From Octopus sinensis (lineage: Eukaryota): a stretch of 64,000 bases of DNA. A program made the position numbers and the translations under genes. The notes below the pieces were generated by a model. That model made no database searches. It was not told where the DNA came from and was given only the letters and a program-made list of their open reading frames with translations. The stretch is from contig NC_043000.1 of assembly GCF_006345805.1 (NCBI RefSeq), positions 21,390,001-21,454,000 of the forward strand, in the 5' to 3' direction. How positions within the stretch are numbered: position 1 is the stretch's first letter; each line of letters opens with the position of its first letter. Below are positions 54,817 to 64,000 of the stretch, in pieces.

Positions 54817-55287
54817 ACATTATTTACATTTGACGGATATTTGTCCTCATCTTATTTGTTGTTAACACAACGTTTCGGCTGATATACCCTCCAGTCTTCA
54901 TCAGGTGTCTTGGAGAAATTTCGAACCTGGGTTCTCATTCGTAAGGTATTTTTCGATGTTGTCATTATTATTATTATTATCATTATTATTATTCAGGTCA
55001 CTGCCTGGAATCGAACTCAGAATCTTGGGGCTAATAGCCCATGCTCTAAACCACTATGCCATATGCCCGTGGGCATATTATTAATATTATTAATATTATT
55101 ATTATTATTATTATTATTATAATAATAATAATATAATAATAATAATGACATCGAAAAATACCTCAGGAATGAGAACCCAGGTTCGAAATTTCCCCAAGAG
55201 ACCTGATGAAGGTTGGAGGGTATATTGGCCGAAACGTGTTAGCAACAAAGAAGATGAGGACAAATATCTGTCAAATGTAAATAATGT
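54817..55287. mobile_element. Inverted pair of ~150-bp Penelope-like (pLTR-type) repeats around a tRNA-like core and TAA tracts
   Basis: Arms are reverse complements; each carries CTGATGA...GAAAC; the central 54994..55078 minus strand has A-box TGGCATAGTGG and B-box GTTCGATTC. Confidence 0.65.
54864..54909 (-). ncRNA. Minimal type I hammerhead-ribozyme-like motif
   Basis: GACAC-CTGATGA-A-GACTG(GAGGGTATAT)CAGCC-GAA-ACGT-T-GTGTT: stem I GACAC/GTGTT, stem II 4 of 5 pairs, palindromic ACGT stem III. Confidence 0.6.
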
Positions 55288-55338
55288 AAATAATGTTGAA
55301 TTTAACTGTACTTTAATCTGATTTTGTCTTTTTTCCAG

Positions 55339-55497
55339 GTATACAACTGCCCTTGTTGTACATCTAAAAATGGACCATTAATTTCTCTGGAAGTTGGTAG
55401 CAATGATAACTGCTTAGCTATTCGATGGGCTCCAATCAAAGACCCTGAAATTGCATACTATCAAGTTTATCAGAATAATGTGAAATGTATATCAAAG
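55339..55497 (+). CDS. Exon Q (phase 0->0): VYNCPCCTSKNGPLISLEVGSNDNCLAIRWAPIKDPEIAYYQVYQNNVKCISK (FN3-2 N-half)
   Basis: tcttttttccag acceptor; AAG|gtaaaa donor; 'L.IRW......I.YYQVY.N' FN3 signature. Confidence 0.9.
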
Positions 55498-55728
55498 GTA
55501 AAATTTATTGATATATTCTTTCATTCTTTTACTTGTTTCAGTCACTTGACTGCAGCCATGCTGGAGCACCGCCTTTACTCAAACAAACTAACCCCAGAAC
55601 TTAGTCTTTGTAAGCCTAGTACTTATTCTATTGGTCCCTTTTCCCAAATTGCTAAGTTATGGGGATGTAAACATAACAGCATTGGTTGTCAAGTGATGGT
55701 GGCGGGGACAAACACAAATACACAAATG

Positions 55729-55771
<43 letters not shown>

Positions 55772-56408
55772 GTAGGGAATATAATTTCAAAACTTACAGG
55801 GACAAATTTTTGTATTTAATTAAAAAAAAATTTAATTAAATACAAAAAAAATAAGTAGGTATAAACACATGAACAAAATAAACAAAAACAAATTACACAA
55901 ACGTGTATAAACAGGAGATACAAATATTACAGGCACCCTCCCCCCCACACACACTAACTAAACATAGACACACATAGGGGTATACGCATGCGCAAATAAA
56001 GACACATACAATAGGGATACAAAATACAAAATGGCTGACCGTTAGTAAGGAGAGACACACAAATAAGAAAGAAGAAAGCAAAGGACCACTGATGAGGTCA
56101 CAGAAGTGTGACGAAAGAACTTTGGCCGAAATAAGATTAAGATTAATGTAAAAAATAAATAAAACTGAAGCAAATTAACACCAAATATATAGTGTGTGTT
56201 TTTATAGGCTAAACTGGCAACATGACCATTCCTAAATACAACAAAATCTGTTTCAACACACGATTTCACATCAAGAATCTTGCAAAACAAATATATATAT
56301 ATATATATATCATCATCATTTAATGTCTGCTTTCCATGCTGGCATGGGTTGGACTATTTGACTGAGGACTGGCAAGCCAGATGGCTGCACTGGGCTACAC
56401 ACACACAC

Positions 56409-56443
<35 letters not shown>

Positions 56444-56899
56444 GAAAAAGAAAGAGAGAGAGATGATAAAAATGTTGCATGGAAAGATGATGAACGAATA
56501 TATTGAAAACAGGAAGAAACACACAAATGATGTGGAAACAATCACCCCTCATCAGTTATCAACCAAAAGTCATCACAATTTCAACACTTTTATGTGTGTG
56601 TGTGCGTATGTGTGTTTGTGTGTCTAAGATGAAAATTATGATGATAGGTTTTTTTTGTGAAAAATTATAATTTTATTTGGCAATTTGAAATCCTGACAGA
56701 AAATTTTCCCTCGGTGTGCCTTCAGCATAAAGAACACATAGTTAAATGCAAAATAAAATAATGTGCTGAGCCAAAAAAATTTTAATCATTTGAAAACACA
56801 GCTATAACAAGAAAAAACTCCCATTGTCCTGATAAATGCCTTCGTTTTTATAAAAGGTATCTCGTTGCTACGTATCTCATTAACATCTTACATTTGTAG

Positions 56900-56996
56900 A
56901 TACCACATTTGAATAATGGCAAACCAATGAATGTAGTTCTGAAGCAAAGTGAACCAAATGTCCTTGCAAGTATTTATGTTGAAGCAATTCCTAGAA
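56900..56996 (+). CDS. Exon R (phase 0->1): IPHLNNGKPMNVVLKQSEPNVLASIYVEAIPR
   Basis: ttacatttgtag acceptor; AA|gtaagt donor; phases fit. Confidence 0.85.
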
Positions 56997-57705
56997 GTAA
57001 GTATAATATATTATTTTAAGATATAATAAAAGGGAAAATAATCGTTGTTTTTTCTGACCCCTGTAAATCATGATGCCAATCATATTTTCTTGCAGGACTC
57101 GTCAGCAATTCAGCCAGAACATGCATGAGCATGCACTCAGTGTGCTTCAGTGGCAGTTGTTATTGTTGTTGCTCATGATAATGAGGGTGGTGGTGGTGGT
57201 CGTCGTCGTCGTCGTCATTGTCATCATTGTTGTATTTGTAATAGTATTGATGATGATAATAATGAAGCTAGTGATGACGATGATGGTGATGATGATGATG
57301 TGATGATTTTAATTATAATGATGAGGATGATGATGATAGTGGTTTTGGTGGTGGTCTTGGTGGTCTTGGTGGTGGTGGTGGTTGTGGTGATGATGATGAT
57401 CATGATAATCATAATGATTATGATCATGATCACGATCATGATTATGATGGCTGTTGGTGATGGTGATAACGCCGGGCAAAATGCTTAGCAGTATTTCGTC
57501 TGCCGCTACGTTCTGAGTTCAACTTTGCCTTTCATCCTTTTGGAGTCGATTAAATAAGTACCAGTTGCGCACTGGGGTCGATATAATCAACTTAATCCGT
57601 TTGTCTGTCCTTGTTTGTCCCCTCTATGTATAGCCCCTTGTGGGCAGTAAAGAATAAAGAAATTGAAAGAAACCAGTTGTAGGTGCATGTGCATGCATGC
57701 ATGTG

Positions 57706-57746
<41 letters not shown>

Positions 57747-58051
57747 TGTGTGTATGACAGTGCCCCAGCATGGCTACAGTCATTAGACTGAAACAAGTAA
57801 AAAAACAAACAATATATCTCTTGAAGAATGAGAAGATATGAAAGCAGTAAGTTGGTACATTCTGAAGTATATTTATCTTGTGACTTGTCATTGTCAGCTA
57901 CATCAAGAATGCCTTTTGTTTTTGTTATACGGAATGAATCAATGACATCTCTTGTAGAAAAGGAGTAAATTTATATGTTATGACTTGTATTTCGCTCGAT
58001 CTATACAGCTGATTTTCATTGAACATATCAATGTTGCCATTTCATTTCCAG

Positions 58052-58072
58052 TAAAGCAGTGCGAAGACACAG
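58052..58072 (+). CDS. Candidate 21-nt microexon (phase 1->1): IKQCEDT
   Basis: ttgccatttcatttccag acceptor; consensus CAG|gtaagt donor; frame-preserving and stop-free; protein is also in frame without it. Confidence 0.5.
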
Positions 58073-59905
58073 GTAAGTGATTGTCACCGTAGAGTAAAAT
58101 CACTAAAAAGCTCATAGCTTAGATATTTTCTCTCATTTTATTTTACCTGTATTTTTATGAGTTGGAAGTATTTTTGGTTTCTACTAATAACTTATTTTCC
58201 TACTAACTGCAAGGTCTACAAAGAATTAAACAAGATGGATAAGATCAATCTTGTCTACTAATGTAATATCTAATGTTCTGGTATGATATATATATTATCC
58301 CTTGCTTGCCAGAGATTAGATCTAATCAATATTAACATTTATAATTAATATTAACCTTTTTCTCACTGCATGCTCAATTCTAATTATAACTAATTGATAT
58401 TTCAGAGTTACCACCCTTAGCTGCTTTGATTAGATTTAAGCCTTAAGCTAATGCTTTATTTATTATTTTTTTTTTCAGAAAGAGACGTAAATAATTAAAA
58501 ACGTTTGCGTATTACAGTAAATATGTTCATACTGGTTTAATTAATTTAATTATCAAATTTAAATAATTTGGTATGGTATAAAGTATCCAATATGTATAAT
58601 TGTGTTTGTAACGATGTATGGCATGAGTAAAGTATGACTGCATACTTCTAACACTGTTTAGAATAATACTTATAATAATAGATACAGGTGTGGCTGTCTG
58701 GTAAGAAGCTTGCTTAACAACCACATGGTTCTGGGTTCAGTCCCACTGAGTGGCACCTTCGGCAAGTGTCTTCTACTATAGGCTCAGGCTGAGCAAAGCC
58801 TTGTGAGTAGATTTGGTAGGCGGAAACTGAAAGAAGCCCGTTGTATATGCATGTGTGTATGTATTTGTGTGTCTGTGTTTGTTCCTCCACCATTTCTTGA
58901 TAACCGATGCTGGTGTGTTTACATCCCCGTAGCTTAGCAGCTCAGCAAAAAGAGACCGAAAGAATAGTACTAGGCTTACAAAGAACAAGTCCTGGGATCA
59001 ATTGGTTCAACTAAAGGCAGTGCTCCAGCATGGCCACAGTCAAATGACTGAAACAAGTAAAAGAATAAAAGAATAAAAGAAAGACTCAGGTATGGTTGCG
59101 TAGGTAAGAAGTTTTTTTCTAACCACATGGCTTCAGGTTCAGTCCAACCATGTGGCACTTTGGGTAAGTGACCCGTACTATAAAAAAAGGGAAACGGGTA
59201 CGGTGAACTTGCTGTGAGGAATGGAATATCCAACGTTTTGGATGTAATCCTTCGTTAAAGGGTGGAGAAAAAGAGAACCTGAAGAAAGACAGAGTTTGCA
59301 TCCTCTCAGCTTGAAAAACTGACTGCAACTGGTAATGGACTCTGGATAGCATGGGCTGCTAAAGTGAAACAGAAGCTATAGGAGAGGGCATGGAGAAAGG
59401 AGGAGGAAAAGGGTGATGGAGAGAGTAGAGGTAAGGAAGTATGGTAATGTTGCAAAGAGAGGGTGGAAGGAAGATTTAAAAGGGTAGAAAAGAATTAAGA
59501 GGAGGTGAAAGGTTGAAAGGAAAAACATTCATTCATACCTGTCAGGGACACAGTGCCAAGATCAAAGATGAGACATTGCTCCTTTCGTTTCCTAGAGAAG
59601 GGGGCTCCATGGTGAAAGGCCATGCCACACACTGATAAATCTGCAATAGAATGATTTGCAGTGTCGAAATGGGTGGCAACAGGTTGGCCTGGCATATGAA
59701 GCATTATGGTTCTGATGTGTTTGTGAAAGTGATCCTTATGGTTGTACGATAGCCTTGCACCAGCAAAAGCCTTGTGAGTGAATTTGATAGATGTAAACTG
59801 AAAGAAGGCTTTTATATATATGTAAGTATGCGTATATGCATATGTTCAGTGTGTGTGTGTGTGTGTCCCCTCACATCATCATCATCATCATACAGGCGCA
59901 TACAT

Positions 59906-60077
59906 AGGCGCAGATGTGGCTGTGTGGTAAGTAGCTTGCTTACTAACCACATGGTTCCGGGTTCAGTTCCACTGCATGGCACCTTGGGCAAGTGTCTTCT
60001 ACTATAGCCTCGGGCTGACCAAAGCCTTGTGAGTGGATTTGGTAGACGGAAACTGGAAGAAGCCCGTCGTATATATG

Positions 60078-60137
<60 letters not shown>

Positions 60138-60345
60138 GTGTGTCTGTGTTTGGCCCCCAACATTGCTTGACAACTTATGTTGGTGTGTTTATGTCCCCGT
60201 AACTTAGCAGTTCGGCAAAAGAGACAGATAGAATAAGTACTAGGCTTACAAAGAATAAGTCCTGGGGTCGATTTGCTCAACTAAAGGCGGTGCTCCTGCA
60301 TGGCCGCAGTCAAATGACTGAAACAAGTAAAAGAGTAAAAGAGTA
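59906..60345 (+). mobile_element. tRNA-derived SINE family A (CA/TA microsatellite interior); at least 12 copies, e.g. minus 13946-14321, 17975-18440, 21696-22181, 45566-45960, 54435-54810, 61670-62100 and plus 19030-19500, 43425-43900, 49035-49410, 58685-59070
   Basis: Head tggctgtgtggtaag...ggttcagtcccactg (A/B boxes), ccttgggcaagt core, (aagagta)n-like tail; source of many spurious ORFs. Confidence 0.85.
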
Positions 60346-62599
60346 ATACAAGCAATGTTATTCATTTCCAGTATTCCATAAACGAAACATGTTGAGCCAT
60401 GAGGAAATATCACTTTGCTTGGAAAGAGGTGAGAGTTGGTGACAGGAAAGGCATCTGGCCATAGGAGATCTGCCTCAGCAAATACTGTCTGACCTATACA
60501 AACATGAAACAGCAGACATTAAATGATGATGATGATGATTCTGAAATTAAAATACATTTTTCTTCCTTAAAATGATTTGCTTGAACCAATCAGATAACTT
60601 TTAGCAACCTACTATAGTCATACTGAAATACAAACCCATAATTTATACTCATGTGCATTGGCAATATATTCACTATAATGGACAGAAAGGAAAGACAACA
60701 AACCAATACAAAGGATGTAAAAAAAATAACTTTATTCTCTCTTTAAATATCCAATAGATCTTTGATTAAAAATTCAGTTGTCTGTCTTTTACGTGTGTAT
60801 ACAGCAGTAAGAAATGATAGATTATGTTACATCAGTTTACGATAAATACATCAGTAAATGCTTTTACTTGCCAGGAGATAATACTGTGGAACATTTATGA
60901 AAACATGTTTAGTTGTCTTACATTTTACAATGAATCTTACTTTATTTGATGCTACTGAGTTCAGATATGCCCTTGCAAATTTTCTCACTTTGTTAGGTTT
61001 TTTTTTTTTTTTTTTTTGTTAAACAGGATTTTGTTAAACAGGAATTACCATTAAATGCAATACTGATATAAGAAACTAACACAAACCAATTACCACTTTT
61101 TTTTTTTTTTGCTTAGTAAACACATTACACAAAATGTTTAATCTTAGGACAGATATTTCTATCAAACTCGGATTTCAGCTACACAAGAATTGGCTCCCAT
61201 GCCAGTGGCATGTAAAAAGCACCCACTACACCCTCAGAGTGGTTGGCATTAGCAAGGGCATTCAGCAGTAGAAACCTTGCCAGATCAGATTGGAGCCTGG
61301 TGCAGCTTCCTGACTTCCCAGTCCTCAGTCAAACTGTCCAACCCATGCCAGCATGGAAACTGGACGTTAAACGATGATAATGATGATGATGATGAAGGAG
61401 TGAAATTTCTCTTTGCTGTTTTGCATGAATAAGTTGCATTGTGTCAAATTCTTTGCAGACACTGGTATCAGTCAGCCTTCATGTTTGTGTTCCACCAGAC
61501 TGGATACCTAGTCTTCATGGTCTTGATATCTTGGAGGAATCTTTCTCCTTTTGCTTATCACTTATTGCCTTATGATTTTTAAGAAAGCAGTCCAGATGAC
61601 TGTGCAGGAAATGCACTTTTGCACTTATACTGCAGTCCTGTGCTCAAAATCTGGTTAACAGGGTCTCTCTCTTTACTCTTTTACTTCTTTCAGTCATTTG
61701 ACTGTGGCCATGCTGGAGCACCGCCTTTAGTCGAGCAAATCAACCCCAGGACTTATTTTTTGTAAGCCTAATACTTATGCTATCGGTCTCTTATGCTGAA
61801 CTGCTAGGTTGCCGGGACATAAACACACCAGCATCGGTTGTCAAGCGATGTTGGGGGGGACAAACACAGACATACAAACATACACGTGCACAAACACACA
61901 CACAAACACACACATATTTATATACATATATACGACAGGCTTATTTCAGTTTCCATCTACCAAATCCACTCACAAGGCTTTGATTGGCCCAAGGATATAG
62001 TAGAAGATGCATGCCCAAGGTGCCACACAGTGGGACTGAACCTGGAACCATGTGGTTGGTAAGCAAGCTACTTACCACACAGCCACTCCTATGCCTACGG
62101 GTCTGTGCAAATTCTTCATCATTTGACAATTTCCTGTTTCCCAGGAAATCAGACTTGGTCTTTTGGATAATATTCACATCAGAAGGCAGCCATGAGGTCT
62201 TCGATATCATTGCAGTAAACAAAATCATCCTCCATGCTGAAGAATAGAAGCAAATCATTCTTTCAATGCCTATAAAAGTGAACTTGGTTCCCAATGCAAT
62301 GTATGTATTTTGTTCATGGGGGGGGGTGCCTCTACGTGGTCTCTAGATTTGCTAGAAATAGCAGCCAGTTCTCCTTGAAATCACAAGTAGTCATAGGTAT
62401 ACTCTTAAAAAAAGATGGAGGTGGGGAGTCAGAGTTGGAATGTCTTTGTTTCTATTGAAGGCTTGTTTGACTGATGTTGACTTGAGGTGAAACAACAGTA
62501 TTGAGAATATCCTGTGTAAAAAACAACTTTTATTTTCAAGAACATTTAGATTCTCTTTCAGAAAGGAACCATCACCGAAAGGAGTCACTACACAGCAAC

Positions 62600-62685
62600 A
62601 CTGTCATCGTTGTCATCATCATCCTCATCATTTACATCCTTCTCCTCAACCTCATCCACCTCCTCAACCTCAACCACCTCCTCAC

Positions 62686-62772
<87 letters not shown>

Positions 62773-62994
62773 CATCACTGACTTCATCTACATCCTCCTC
62801 CTCCTCCTCACCATCATCATCATCATCATCACTGACATCATCTACATCCTCCTCCTCCACCTCTACCTCATCCTTCTCCTCACCATCATCATCATCATCA
62901 CTGACATCATCTACATCCTCCTCCTCACCATCATCATCATCATTATCACCATCATCATCATCATTATCACCATCATCATCACCATCATCATCAC

Positions 62995-63025
<31 letters not shown>

Positions 63026-63050
63026 TTTATCATCATGATGTTCATCATCA
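62600..63050. repeat. (CAT)n/(CCT)n cryptic simple repeat immediately upstream of exon T
   Basis: Direct reading. Confidence 0.9.
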
Positions 63051-63097
63051 ATATTTACTGTCATATTTTATTTAAATATATTTTCGTTCTGCTCTAG

Positions 63098-63268
63098 ATG
63101 ATTCTGTGAAACCAATAACATCAAATGTCCTTGATATAAAGATGACTGATGTGATTAAATATTTAGAAAGGCTTTCACCCATTGAAAGAATGAATACATC
63201 AGAACCGTTCCTGGAATATATTACTGTAAAAGAAAATTCTGTCATGACCAATTCTTCACAATCTTCAG
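63098..63268 (+). CDS. Exon T (phase 1->1): D/N-DSVKPITSNVLDIKMTDVIKYLERLSPIERMNTSEPFLEYITVKENSVMTNSSQSS; gene continues beyond window
   Basis: ttcgttctgctctag acceptor; CAG|gtgagt donor; KPITSN parallels KPIESN ending FN3-1. Confidence 0.88.
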
Positions 63269-63282
63269 GTGAGTTTTTGACA

Positions 63283-63643
63283 TTATTACCTCCACCTTAG
63301 CAAAGGCAAAGGTATTGTTTTCAGTCGTGTTTGTTTGTGGACAAGATATCTCAAGAACCTCTGAATGGATTTGGATGAAACTTTCAGGGATGTTTGGCCT
63401 TGTGACTGGCACGAACTCATTAGATTTTGGGATTGATTCGGTACCGGACAAGGATTCTGGATTATTTTTCCGGTGTTTTTACTTAATTTTTAAGAGCAGT
63501 CAGGTTCATTTTTAGTATTCTTGTTCATGAGAGCAGTCGAGGTTATTTCAGATATTCTCATTTTAAAAATCATCTCTGGTTAATCGTTGAGAGGACATTG
63601 GTGTTGCTTTGGTGGAGGTTTGCGCTCTCTGAGTGCTCTCGTT
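63283..63643 (+). mobile_element. HINE/Helentron-like non-autonomous element; other copies ~26544..26878 and ~31385..31955
   Basis: Subterminal inverted repeats acctccacc/ggtggaggt, 3' hairpin gcgctc-tct-gagtgc, T-rich ends. Confidence 0.6.
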
Positions 63644-64000
63644 GTTATTTATTGCAATGTAATTTGGCCATTTCATTTCTGTTAGACAAACTGTGTCTTC
63701 ACCCTTTAGTATTTAAACCGGCCATATCCGGCCAAAATAGTTAATCTGTTTTATGTTCAAACTGACCAGATCCAGGCTCTCACACCTACCCTACAATGTT
63801 ATTCTACATTAAGTAATTACTCTATCAAGATCTTGAAGATATGAAATAATGCATGATTAATTCAAATCAATGGGAATCAATAAGCATTATGTTTGATAGA
63901 ATAATCTGAACACTAAAGGGTTAACTTAAATTCTAATCTGGAAGCATATCTCCAGCATCACTAACAATCATCATCTTCTTCATTAACTGCATCATCATGT

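Noticed and set aside
57898-57964. Possible exon TTSRMPFVFVIRNESMTSLVEK
   Set aside because: Weak donor gives phase 2, incompatible with phase-1 exon T; read-through hits TAA.
62501-63097. Poly-I/D/S ORFs of 142-198 aa
   Set aside because: (CAT)n cryptic repeat in the intron before exon T.

Overview
AT-rich, microsatellite- and SINE-dense animal genomic DNA. The repeat families look octopus/coleoid-like, which is my inference from pattern recognition. The whole window is the interior of one + strand multi-exon gene that the ORF track largely misses. I assembled 19 GT-AG exons (2467..63268) with matching phases at every junction and no stops, 2396 nt (~800 aa), plus a candidate 21-nt frame-preserving microexon. 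The product has about 5 tandem plastocyanin/cupredoxin-like repeats lacking the type-1 Cu Cys/His/Met loop, a YYTLDGT-P (Fn3-associated/CHB_HEX_C-like) domain and two FN3 domains. Start and stop lie outside the window and I do not recognise a gene name. The introns contain an intron-bearing tRNA-Lys(TTT)-like gene, an R4/Dong-like LINE embedded in (TAA)n, mariner/hAT/piggyBac/Helitron relics, several long foldback elements, hammerhead-ribozyme-like motifs of Penelope type, tandem arrays built from transposon monomers and many SINEs. Nearly all long ORFs in the track are microsatellite or SINE artefacts.
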